Assembly (NCBI RefSeq): GCF_009914755.1
Contig: NC_060937.1
DNA: 64,000 nt
Source: the human T2T-CHM13v2.0 reference genome, Homo sapiens
Reading direction: 5' to 3' (one strand)
The notes under the pieces were generated by a model that had not been told where the DNA came from, ran no database searches, and saw only the letters and a list, made by a program, of their open reading frames with translations. This document shows, piece by piece, positions 30,225 through 42,836 of this stretch (its first letter is position 1; every line of letters begins with the position of its first letter). The translations under genes were made by a program, and so were the position numbers.

Positions 30225-31546
30225 AGAAGTGTCCAGAGAAGTATATCTAAAGATGCTCTGGAAACAGTAAGCTTCTATAAAATCAAAGTTATCATTAGTA
30301 CAGACATTCTGAGTTCTGGAAACAGAGGGTGAGTTAGAAAAGGTTTATAATTGTGTAATAGAGCCTAGTTAGGAAGCTTTCGTAGTAATCCAGGCAGTGA
30401 GGAAGTGGCTTTATACTAAGGCAGTGTTCCTTTGGGTGAGTAGAAAAATGCAGTTTTCAGAGACTTCAGATAGGATGATCTAGAGAATTTTGAGACTGAT
30501 GGATGGTTGATTTTGAAAGAGATCTGAGTTGAAAGTGCCTCAGTGATTCAAAATTTTTGGTTACGGGATAGTCGTTAGCCAGAAAAATGGTTACAGAAGA
30601 AAGAGTGTGTTTGGAGAGAAGAAGATGAATTCTATCTCAGCTGTGTTTCAGTTTGAGGTGCCTTTAGACATAGTGATATTTAGTCTGCCATTAAAAACCT
30701 GAATTTTGAAGAGACTGGTATCCAGACATTTTTGTTACTAGTCTAGGGCACTTTCAGTTTATCACAGTAGCTGTGAGAGGAGCCACGGAAGTGACTGGAC
30801 TTCTACTGTACGATGGCAAGCAGGGACGACTGGTGTCTAAAAGCAATTATAAAATAATGGGGGAATTTATTACACTGAGAATTTTAAAAATGATCTTTTC
30901 TATCCAACAAACATTTTCTTTTAGGCTCCAATATTATGATGATAGTATTAGTATATTTTGTAATCCTGTGGCTATTTAAAACACATGAAAGTAATCTGTC
31001 ATGAGATTAGAGTAAAAGGAAAAAATTGCTCTTAAACATGAGTTGCTTTTGGATGTACATTGTGGGCTATATATGAGCATTTTAAAGTTCTTCATTAATT
31101 TTTTTTTCTATCGAATGTATCCCAGATATGTGATAAATAAGGGCGAGGAACTAGAAGTAACTGTTTTTGTGAAACCAGAACTAAAGCAAATAATAGGCCA
31201 AATAGAGGGGTTTTGAGGTAAAAGAAATTTTTGAACTAGAAAATTGTGAAGATCTATGTAAGAACAAGAAAAAATATTTCTAGGCAAATTCCCCAGGACA
31301 TTTAATTTATAGAACTTTTGGAATCACAAGAGGACACCTATTGATATTGGATGCTTTGCTTAAATTCTCATCTATAAAATTATTTCATGTCATTTAACCT
31401 CGGTTATTCAGTTATAAACTAAATTATCAAGGCAGTTTAGCAAGTTGAAGTTGTCTGGGATGTAATATAGATTAATGGCATTCCTTAGAAAACCAATAAA
31501 ATAATGATAATATTTTACTCTTCCTATAAATATAAATAAATAAGCA

Positions 31547-31847
31547 GGCTGGGCGTGATGGCTCACGCCTGTAATCCCAGCACTTAGGGAGGCCGAGGCA
31601 GGCAGATCACTTGAGGTCAGGAGTTTGAGACCACCCTGGCCAATATGGTGAAACCCCATCTCTACTAAAAATACAAAAAATCAACCAGGCATGGTGGCGC
31701 ATGCTTGTAATTCCAGCTACTAGGGAGGCTGAGGCAGGAGAATCGCTTGAACCCAGAGGCAGAGATTGCAGTGAGCTGAGAGCACCACTGCACTCACTCC
31801 AGCCTGGGTGACAAGAGCAGAAACTCTGTCTCAAAAAAAAAAAAAAA
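31547..31847 (+). mobile_element. Alu SINE (AluS-like)
   Basis: Full dimer with A tail; short TSD-like AAGCA at both ends. Confidence 0.97.
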
Positions 31848-33199
31848 GCAAATAATATGATACAATTTATAACAACAACTTGTAACATGGTTTTCTCTCT
31901 TGCTTTTGTCCTTGTTGGCCTGAGGTACCCTTCTACCTGAAGGATGACTGGGGGAATAGGCAGCCTCTGACGTCCAAAACAGGACATTTCAATGAACATC
32001 CACCTTGCAAACCAGATTACTCTCTTTAGGCAGGTTTTAAAAAATTATATCTTCTGTCCCTTTAGATGGTTAGTAACAAAGCCTGGAGAATTAGGCTCCC
32101 AGAGTTCCACTTGCATACAGAGATGATATCCCTTTGCCTATAACAGTAAGTTCATGAAGCCTCCTTTCAGGGAGGATGTGACCCAGGGGAAGTGAAACCA
32201 AAGGCAAACTGCTTTCCACCATGCGGGAACTGTGGGGTGGAGAAAGAGGGGGCACAAGGCAGGTATGTGTGTGTGTTCTGATTTTCTACTCCCCAAACTT
32301 TGGCCCCAAGTAACGTGCATTAGTTAAGTGGGGGTAACATGGAGAGTGTAGGGAGGTCTCCTCACCCTCCACTCTTTGACCCTTTCCTCTTCCCCTACCT
32401 TTCTCTACCCCTGCCATAATGTCTGTTTATTATTTTGGAAAGTGATCACCTTGCCACAGAGCCAAGCTGACTTGTTGGTACTGTAGGGAGGCAGAGGGAA
32501 TCCCTGAGGTTGAGCTTTGCTCATCTGCCTGTGGTTCCCTTAAGGCGTGGATGGGTCTGGCTGCTGAGCTTGCTAGAGAGGGCCACCCTAGCTGGGGCAA
32601 GGTGTATGGCCACGCCAGAGAGAGTGGACTGCCTGGACAGGGACAGGAGAGAGTCCTAGGTGACTTTAGAAGGGTTGTTAGCATCCATGGGAGCTGATGT
32701 GAGGCTGAGTCAGCCAGGAAGTGGCCACAGACCTTACTAAGCAGATGAAGAGAAGATCAAGAGCAGCCCCACGAATGGACCTCTGACATGAATGTCAGCA
32801 AGGTAAGTGACACCAGGTCAAAAAGCACATTGCCCTGAGACCAGGGGTGCCAGAAGACCACTGTAGGTAACAGAAGCCACAGCCCTCCCTCATGCATCCC
32901 CACAGTATCTTAGAGAACCAAGCTGGGGGCAAGGAAAGCTGTCTGAGAGGCCAACTTGGCATTCATGAGATAGTGAGAGGAACAGTTTAAATGATCAGAT
33001 TGGACTGAGGTTTAAACTACACTGAACACCATTATTTTCCCATCATTATTCCATCCTCCTGTGCCCCTTCTTTTCCCCTGTCTTTAACTAAAGGGTTCAA
33101 AGTAATCATGTGGGAGACCAGGTGATTAAAGGACAAATTTAAGAAGTTAAACTTTCTCTGCATATATGAGCTGCCCTTGGTAATACGTAATATACTAAT

Positions 33200-33600
33200 T
33201 TTGCAAGTTGAGTTTGCATTTCCTCAATTGCTAGTGAGGCTGATTATCTCTCTTGGGTGATTTTGTTTTCCCTTCTAGGAATTGCCTAGTTGTGTACTTT
33301 TTCCTTTTCTTCGTTAACTTTCCTGACATTTTCTTTTTGGATTGAAAAATTCCTCTATATTTTGGATACTAATCCCTTGTCAGTTTTATATGTCACAAAT
33401 ATTTTTTCCCAAGTGGTCTATTGAATTTTCTTTGATGACTTTTATTTAAAAGAACATTTTATGGTTGTCAAAATGATGTAATTTATATATATTGTTCTGT
33501 TGTTTAAGAAACCCCTTTACATCTTAAGATTGCAAAGGCATTCCTCTGTATTTTCTTCTATTAGCTTTATAGCTTATATTTCACATTTGGACCTGTGAAC
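33200..33600 (-). mobile_element. Old L1ME fragment, antisense
   Basis: TTTGCATTTCCTCAATTGCTAGTGAGGCTGA...TTTGGATACTAATCCCTTGTCAGTT. Confidence 0.65.
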
Positions 33601-34127
33601 ATTACTGTGGGGAGGGCTCCCTTAAAGCCTGCTTTTTGCAATTTTCATCCTTCTGTTCATTAACTTATGAATTATGCAGGGAACCACAGTCTGCTATAAA
33701 TATGCTTATTTTACAGATGAGGAAACCAGCTAGTCATAAAATGATGAAGCATCTTCTTAAATACTTGCCAAGAGAATTCTTTTGCCTACAAACAGCTGTT
33801 TCGGCTCATGCAGATGTTTAAAATATAGATGTGAGGTTGGGTTTTTCAAGACATTGCAGGCGGATATACTAATATGCTAGAAAAATTGGCAAGGATACAA
33901 GTAATTTATGAAGGGTAAACAAAAGAAAACACACTGAAGAGCTGTTAAAAATAAAATGGTGCCTGAGAAAGCCCAAGTACCTTTGGTCAGAGCAAATGAG
34001 TTTCCCATAGTGTATACATACTAAATGTATACATACTATACACACACTTCCCACAGGATATACATACTAAGCATATACATACATATGCTTCCTACAGCGT
34101 ATACATACTTTAGACTTTGGACTAAAG

Positions 34128-34375
34128 GAGTGGTCCTCAAGTGGGGGGATTTTTTTCTCTTCCTCCACACTGCCACCCACTGGGGACATTTGACAATGTT
34201 TGAAGGCATTTACGGTTGTCATAAATGTGGGGGAAAGGTGTGGGGAGTGTTGCTACTGGCATACAGTAGGTAGAGATGACGGATGCTGCTAAACATCCTA
34301 GAATGTGAGGACAGCCCCTCATAACAAAGGATTATCTGGCCCCAGTGTCAATAGTGCTGTGGCTAAGAAATTCTG
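34128..34375. mobile_element. MER20 hAT-Charlie MITE
   Basis: GGGGACATTTGACAATGT...GCTACTGGCAT...GGATGCTGCTAAACATCCTA...GTCAATAGTGCTG. Confidence 0.85.
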
Positions 34376-34434
34376 AATTAGAGACCACTCAGAGCCTGAG
34401 GAAACAGTGACTCCAAGTAGATGAGGTCAAGTGG

Positions 34435-34994
34435 TGTGATGGGTAATTTTATGTGTCAACTTGATTGGGGTAAGGAGTGCCTAAGTAGCTGGTAAAATAT
34501 GGTTTCTGGATGTGTCCTAGAAGGTGTTTCCAGTCCAGTTAGCATTTGAATCAGTACTGAGTAAAGAAGATCTGCCCTCACCAATGTAGATGGGCCACAT
34601 CCCTGGAGGGCTTGAATAGAACAAAAAGGCAGAGGAAGGACAATTTCACCCTCTCTGCTTGACCTGGGACATCTGTCTTCTCCTGCTCTCCTTCTCTTGA
34701 CATTGATGCTCCTAATTCTTGGACATTCAGATATAAACAATTGTCCCCTCTACACTCCCAGTTATTGGGCTTTTGGACTGAGACTTTCATCATTGGTTCT
34801 TCTGGTCCTCAGGTCTGTGGGCTTGGGCTGGAATTACTGCACTGGCTCTTCTTGGCCTTCAGTTTACAGATGGCAGATGGTGAGGCTTCTCTGCCTTTAT
34901 AATTATGTGAGCCAATCTTTCATAATAAATCCATTTCTTTTTATCTCTGTATATCCTATTGGTTCTGTTTCTCTGGAGAACTCCCACTAATCTA
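34435..34994 (+). mobile_element. ERVL solo LTR (MLT2B/D-like)
   Basis: TGTGATGGGTAATTTTATGTGTCAACTTGA start; ATATCCTATTGGTTCTGTTTCTCTGGAGAAC end. Confidence 0.9.
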
Positions 34995-36094
34995 AATGGT
35001 AATTGCAAGGATGAGGAAAATTGATTTGGAAGTGTCCCGAAGTTGGAGGCTATGTAAGGTAATGGGGTGCCCTTTGTGCAGAACATATCCTTATGAAGAG
35101 CAGAAATTTTAAGACTGAAAAGGCCTTATCCCACCAAAGCAGAAGCATGTATATATTTATTTATGTTAAATACATGCTTTTGGATGGTTAGAATGATCTG
35201 CAGTCATGCTGCCTCCTTCTGAGAGGCCTCCAAGTGCTTTTCATGCCCACAGACTCTTTCTGAGAGGTTCTTTGTGCACCTGGTAGCTCTATTCTTTTCC
35301 CTGAGATCTCCTCTATTCATCCTCCCAACACTGGCCACTGCTAATTTCCACCAGACATGGATATTGAATCCAATAAGGCTTTCATCTATAAGGTTTCCAA
35401 GAGCCAAATCATGATCTTTAGCTCTTGGTAAATGGCAGCTTCATCAAAACCATCATTGGGAGAGTTTGAATTCTGTACCTGCAGAGAGAGACTTGTTCAG
35501 TATCTAAGCAGGAAGAGGAAGCAACATTCCTTCTTTCATGTCAAATTAAATGGAAGCAATTAGAAAATGGGTCAAAATCTAAGGTCATTCAGAGTCAGAT
35601 CCCAAAGGCTCAGATCTGTAGGAGAGTAGAGGTAGGACTCTTGGGACAACATCCCAAGAGCCAGGTTAGTAGCACTAAGATGGGGAGAAGCTCAGGATGG
35701 GAAGCACTGTCTTTGGCTTCTCTTTAGGCCTTCTTCTTGGCATAGGTAGGTAAAAACAGGCTTAGTCCATAGATGGCAGCTGGCTCCCAGGCTGAGGCAG
35801 GATTCTACCCATGACAGTGACTTTGGCAAAAGATAGGCTGCTGGATCCTCTGGGTTGTCTGCCTGGCTCCAAGGGCTATGCGCTGTCTCCTGGACCACAT
35901 TGTGGAAACATATTTCAGAAAGGAACTGTAATAATAGATGCTGAAGTTTCACAGACAACTGGTCCCTTACTCAATAGGTAAGATCAGTTCTTTTGATTTT
36001 CTAAATATTATTGGACTTATTAGGTTATGGAATAGTGCTAACAATTCTGGAATACTGGTGATGATTCTCAAGTTTAATCCAGATACTAGATGGC

Positions 36095-36360
36095 AGCAAT
36101 ATCATTTACCGAGTGTTTCTTATGTGTCAGGCATGGCTTTAAGTTCTTTATATATATTAACTTTTGAAATCCTGATATTGATCCTGTGAAGTTGGCATTG
36201 TTTTTTTATCCCCATTGTACAGGTTTAGAAACTGAGATATGAAGGGATTGTGCAACTGCTCATGGTCACACAGCTAGCAAGTGTCTGAGGTGGATAAGCA
36301 CCCAGGCAAGTCTATTTTTAGAGCCTGGGCTCAAACTCTCAGCTCTGTTGCCTGCCTGAC
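36095..36360 (-). mobile_element. MIR SINE
   Basis: ATCCCCATTGTACAGGTTTAGAAACTGAG...GGTCACACAGCTAGCAAGTG. Confidence 0.8.
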
Positions 36361-39300
36361 TGTAGCATCTTAGTATCCATGCCCATTTGGGCCCTCAGGT
36401 ACTAGAGGTGCTAGTTCCATCTCATGGGGTGCCTAGGCGTACTCATTTTGGCTTTCAAGTTCAGAGGACAGAACCTCTCTTCACCAATCCATTAGGTATT
36501 CATGGGGTGTCCTCAATGGGTTGCTGAAGCTTAGCTTGTGTGTGGTTCTCATTTCCACAATAATGGGTTAAGGTACTCTTTGAAGGTAAAGGGAAGTTCG
36601 TTTACTCGATGCAGACAGTGTAGCAAGCTGGCTAAGACTGTTCAACAACAGAGCTTCTAGACTTGAGCAGAGGCCACAGCAGCAGTTCTTGCCTGGGTCA
36701 CTTGCCAGAACCTCCCAAAGCAACACTCCACTTTTGTAACTCTCTTAGTTTGGTGGCCCATGGCAATTAGGTTCCTTTCTCCATCTGTCTTCCTTCCATT
36801 CCTTCCCAAGCTCCCCACTTTCTACTCTTCCCTGGTTTTATTTCCCTATGCAAGAAACTTATTCTTTTTCTTCTCTCTCATAACATTGACCTTGATATCT
36901 GATCTGGAAGGTCTGCAATCTCTCATTTAAAATTGCTTCCAAAAACAAATGTAGAAAAACAGAAAACTCACCTTCCTCTCCCTTTAGGTAGAAAGGCTTC
37001 CTCTTTAGAAACACAGTATCTGATTCTTATTCCTCACATCTGAGAGCAAAGATTCAAATTCCATTGAGGGGAAGGTTGCCCTCCTTCTTAGCCAAAACAA
37101 TAAAGTCATGGAATACAATTGAGATTTCATATTAAAAATAGATTAAATATTTGTGTCTTGTTACAACTGGTTGAGAGCTAGAAGGAATCTTAAAATCCCT
37201 TATGGCTCTTTGGAACAGTTCAAACAGTTTCATTCTATAATACTTTAAGAAAAAGATGAAACAATCCTGGGCAGTAGAAAAAAGTTTGGAGTCAGGTGGT
37301 TTGGATTTCAAATCTTGATTCTACCACTTGATATTTAAAGGTCTTGAATAAGTAACTTAAAAGTTTTTTGAGCCTTGCCTCAGGGAGCTAATTATGATCA
37401 AGTGGTGGTAAGTTTTGAGGGAGTTGGGGAGGACAGCACGTATTCCTTGCCTTGTAGATTCTTCCCAGTGAAAGAGGCTTTAGTTTCACTAGCAGATGGC
37501 CTCATTCTGCCATCAGCATCTCTCCAGGGAAGATGTGGCTTATTGATGGTAGATTAGGGAGAGAAACTAAGCATGCTTAGCTCAAGCCTTTATTCTCTCT
37601 TCTTTCTCTTGGACCCACTCCTGTCCTGTCTATACTTTATGCTATGGTATGAGATTGTACAGATAAGGATCCTGGACTGATCACTGGTCCAGTTGGGGTA
37701 ACCTGCCTAATTCCAGGACTCAACACACCTGGCCATGTTCTCTCCCATAGACTTCATCAATGATGAAGGTGATATTTCCATCTCTTTCTGGATAAACTGT
37801 TTTGTTTTTTAATTGGTTCTGATCTTTGGCTAGGAAAAGGGAAACTATTTATGGAGTCTCTTAAATTTTAAAGGAGAATCCGTATGTTTAGAGGTGATCA
37901 GCTCTTAAAAGTGCTTTACAAATTTAGTTCTCTTTCTCTCTTTGGTTCTCTCTCCCTTTCAGTTGACTGTTCTTCTCTTTAACAGGTCTTACTATCAGAG
38001 AGTCTAAACCAATCTTTTCTACCACAGCCTGTTTCTTTTTGTTCGCTTTTCAGAGAAAATAAATTGATGGTGGAAGAAGAACAGCTGGTTGCAATTTCTT
38101 TGGGTTTTTTAATCAGAAAATTCCCCAGTTTATTTCATTTGGCTGCTTTTTAGAGTATTATTGTTTAGATTGAACATTTAAATAGCTTTCTTGAAACTTC
38201 CACCAAAGATTTGGAACCCAAGGGGAATAAATGTATAAACTAGAAATGTTAGTGAAGATGAAAGGTAAAGCTTAAAAATAACTAAATTAAAGATCTTATA
38301 AAATATTTAGACTCAGCCTTTCTTTATATAGACTTAGAAAACTTTATATATTTGTCCTTGGGGACTACTGTACTGAAGATATATGCCTGCATTCCAATTC
38401 ATTACTCTGAATGGGGAAAGAAAGTGAACGACAATTATTACTGTATCGCTGGGGCCATTGTTTCTTGAGTTATTCCAATGCCATAGTTGAAAGTTTCTTT
38501 ATTACACTGCTTTGTTTCAAATTTCTGTCTTAGTTTTAATGTTTCTCACCTGTATAGTTTAATTCATGCACAGTCTGACTGTCTCTGTTTAGGTCAAGTG
38601 AAATAAAGAAGAGATGGGAAAAGCCCTATGATTGACGATAAAACAGATTTCTCATCTGGATTTATCGAGGTTATGCAATTGCTCACATTTATGCTGTAAC
38701 TGCTAGTATTCAGTTGGCTTCCCACAGATACAAACTCAGTAAGAAAAGAGCAGAAAAAATAACATCACACAGCGACACCAGGCATTAAAATTCCTCTCTT
38801 CTAGTGTTCTCTCCTTCTACCTATTTTTAGCCCCTCCAATCCAGTCTCTATATAGTTTGTAAAGTGATTTTTCTGAGGGTCCAGTTGTAGTTTGTTAGCT
38901 TTGTACAAAAACCTCTGCAAGAACTGACTGGCTGACATCACCATATCTTCCCACAAACTTTAGACTGCAACAATGTCAAAGGATTTGTGGTTCCCTATGT
39001 TAGTTGTAAGGAAGACAAACATCCTTGGTTTCTTTAGTTTGTAGGATTTTATGGTAAGAAGATGTGGGGAGGTATGTGAAACCATGGCAGTCCCTTAGAC
39101 AGCCATGTGGGGAGCAGGAACTGTGTCATTCTAGATCAGCCCCATTCATTCAATGGCCACCCAAAATTGATCTCCTCGGACAAGGGCAACTGTGGCCTCT
39201 CTTCTAGGGTCTGCAGTCTGTTCTCAGCTTCTTGTTTTTGTTTTTATTTCTAGCTACTTCTTCCTGCTGTCTTCATGATTCCTTTTCCATGGTCTCTGTC

Positions 39301-39599
39301 TTCCATTCAGGAGAAGGAGTACTGTAAGAGTAGTAACAGGTCATCCTCTCCTGCGTGACTTGGGGAAGGGCCTTCTCAAAAATATCTCTGATTTGGTCAC
39401 TTGATAATGGGACTTAATGGAGAAGACTGAGTTTCCTACCGAGGAACTCAGGACCAGCTACTGGGCTGTTGTGGGTTCTGATGGTCAGCTTTGCTAGGTT
39501 CTGTGTGAAGACAGCCCCTGTGACAAGAGCTATTCTTTCCTTTCTTCCCAGTGAGTTGGAGGAACCAGAGACCACATCAATCCTTACCCAGACCTCTAA

Positions 39600-41420
39600 A
39601 CTTTCAAAAAGAAAGAGGACTAGGGGGTCAAGCTGAGATCTCCCCATCCCTGGGGGGAGCAGAGTTTCCATGCCAAGGTCAGGGGTCAATGGGTGAGGGC
39701 CCATTGCACTTCTTGGACCTTTCAGATACCGGTGCACAGGTGACTGTGATCTCCACAACCCTGGGTACTAGAGTGTGGGTGAAGCAGATGATGCTGTCTG
39801 GTTTTAGGTTCTGTTTAGGTTTTAGATGCTAAGGCTAGCATCACTGAGACTCTTGCTTGGGTACTTTCAGGCTCCTGCAAACCTCCATTGTTATGGCCTC
39901 CACTACCAAAAGTATTAATGGTATCGATGTATTGTCTATGTGCATTCATGACTAAGTGTCTCCTCAAACTCTGATTGGAATTTCTGCAATTAAGATTGTG
40001 TTAATAGGGTATGTAGAAGACCATGAGCTACTTGACTACAGGTGCCTAGTACCATTGTCTTTCCCAAACGACATTGACAGCTTGGGGAAACAAAAGAAAG
40101 AACTGCCCTCACACTGCCAAGCTTAAGGAAGCCAAAATCCCCTGGAAACTATTTCTCCACTCAGTAGTTCCAGCTGGCCTGCGTGTAAGGGAAGGCACTG
40201 GGTAGCTGAAAAATCACCATGGAGGTGGCTCAACACAGTGCTGGCTTTGGCACTGGCAGAACCTAATGTGACTATCACAGATGCTGTTGCCCAATCTGAG
40301 AGAACTTGGTGTACAGCAATTGACATCTCAAATGGCTTCTTCAGCATAACTGATGAATTGATCCTAATCATCCATCTAGGTGATCAGGATCAATTTGCCT
40401 TTATTTGGAAGTGGGAGCAACATGCCTCTAATGTCCATTCACAAAGGTAACTAACCTCCTTGTCTACCTGCTATCGGTGGGTATGCCATGCCCTAGTAAA
40501 AGTCCTGCTTCCCAGTGGAGCACTGGCCTTTCACTCTGTTGATCTCTTGGTTAGCCCAGACAAGGGAACTGCCTGGTAAAAAGTGGATATCCTGTTGACC
40601 CATGTGCAGTAACAGAGCTAGGCCATTAACACAGACAATGTAGAAGGACTTAGTACCCAAGTGAAATTGCTGGGCCTAATCTGGAAAGGGGAAGAATGTC
40701 TCATTCCAGAGATGATTGCCAAGTTTTGGCCTTGTCTGCCCCAACAGATTTTAAAAAAAGCCTAGTGATTGGAGGACCTATGTGGCTACTGGCATTCTTC
40801 CAGTTTATTGAAGGTATGTGAGAATCTTGATAGTACCTTTCTATTGAATTACCAGACAGGCTGCTATCTTTGAGTGAGGCCATGACCCATAGGATGTTCT
40901 GGAAGTCCTCCAATGAGACATTCAGGCTGCCCTCCCCCTGGGCCCCACATATCCAAATTGCCCTTTGAGTTACAGGTTTTAGCAATCTCTGTTTGCCGAC
41001 TAGAATCTGTGGCAGAAGGGCACCACCATAGGCCGGTAATTCTCACTGGACTTTTAGACCCATGAGCTCCCGGAATCACCTAAAAGCTATACACCCTTTG
41101 AGAGACAATTATTGGCTTCTTATTGGGCCTTAGTGGATTTTGAATGCATGGCTCATGGCTTTGAAATACTCTCATTATCAGAAATCCCAATCAAGTTGAG
41201 GAGCCAAGCAGAAGCCTCAAGTGTAAGATAGGGGTGGCTCAGGAATTCTCTTTAGTGAAATGAAAATGACTCATCCAGGAGTGAGAAAAACTCTGGATGA
41301 GATTTCCCAATTCTATGAAAAGGTCTCAGGAATGTCCCTCTGTCTGCCAAAAGCTGCTACTTCCACTGACCCAATGGGGGAACATGAATGGCCCTAGTTG
41401 TATGATGGCTTCTTCTGGTT
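39600..41420 (+). mobile_element. Decayed class III (ERVL-like) retroviral pro-pol remnant
   Basis: Protease motif DTGAQVTVI (39725 onward); RT motifs AIDISNGFFSI and DQFAFIW (ORF 40238-40450); RNase H-like YTPFERQLLASYWAL (41088 onward); many stops and frameshifts. Confidence 0.85.
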
Positions 41421-42836
41421 AACTTTATTTATTTATTTGACACATTTTAATCATACATATTTATGGGGTACAATTTGATATTTTGATACATATCTATGTT
41501 ACATAATGATCAAATCAGTGTAGTTAGTATATCCATAACTTCATGCATTTACCATTTTTTTTGTGGTGAGAATTTTCAAAGCCTCTCTTATAGCTATTTT
41601 ATAGTACGCAATATTTTACTATTAACAATAGTCACCCTATTGTGCAAAAGAACACCAGAATTTATTCCTTATATCTAATTGGTAACTTTGTACCCGTTGA
41701 CCAACCTCTCCCCATCATCCCCTCTTCCCCTCCCAAGCAGTCTCTGGTAACCGCTATTCTACTCTCTGCTTCTATAACTTTTTTCTTTTTTAGATTCCAC
41801 ATAAAAATGAGATCATGCAGTATTTTTCTTTTCCTTTCTGGCTCATTTCACTTAACGTGGTGTACTACAGATTCATCCATGCTGTCACAAATGATGTTAT
41901 TCTTTTTCATGGCTGAATAGAATTCCCTTGTGTGTATTTATCACACTTTATTTATCTATTCATCTGTTGTTGGACACTTAGGTTAATTTAATATCCTGGC
42001 TGCTGTAAATAGTGTGGCAATAAACATGGGAGTGCAGATATCTCTTCAAAACACTGATTTTATTTTCTTTTGGTATATACACAGGAGGGTAATTGCTGAA
42101 TCATATGATAGTTTTATTTTTAATTTTTTGAGGAATCTCCATACTCTTTTTTTTAATAATGGCAGTACTAGTTTATAATCCTATCAACAGTATGTGTTTC
42201 CTTTTCTCCACATCCTTGCTAACACTTGTTTTCTTTTGTCTTTTTCATAATGGCCATTATAATGAAGTAATATCTCACTGTACTTTTGATTTGCATTTTC
42301 CTGATGATTAGTAATGAGTATTTTTCAATATACCTGTTGGCCACGTGTATGTCTTCTTTTGGGAAATGTCTATTAAGGTCTTTCACCCTTTTTTTAAGTT
42401 GGTTGCTTATTTTTTTGCTGTTAAGTTTCCTGTAAAGTTTGGATATTTACCTCTTGTCAGATGTGTAGTTTGCAAGTATTTTCTCCCATTTTGTAGGTTG
42501 TCTCTTTACATGCAGAAGCTTTTTACGTTAATGTAATTCTATTTGTCTGTTTTTACTTTTGTTGCCTGTGCTTTTGAGGTCTTACTTTAAAAATCTTTGC
42601 CCAGCCTGATGTTGTGAAGAGTTCCCCAACATTTTCTTTTAGTAGTTTCATAGTTTTAAGTTTTACATTTAAGTATTTGGTTTATTTTGAGTTGATTTTT
42701 GTATATGTTGAGAGGTAGGGATCTAGTCGCATTCTTCTGCATGTACATATCTAATTTTCCCAGCATCATTTACTACAGAGGCTGCCTTTCCCCCAGTGTG
42801 TGTTTTTGGTACCTTTCTCAAAAAATCAATTGGCTG

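Noticed and set aside
35765-36098. Two TAGATGGCAGC CTCF-like half motifs (and GGCCACAGGGGGC at ~58712)
   Set aside because: The 5' CC(A/G)C part of the CTCF core is mismatched or misspaced; not supportable without ChIP data.
37920-38100. Strong polypyrimidine/AG acceptor-like sites
   Set aside because: No matching donor or convincing open frame found.
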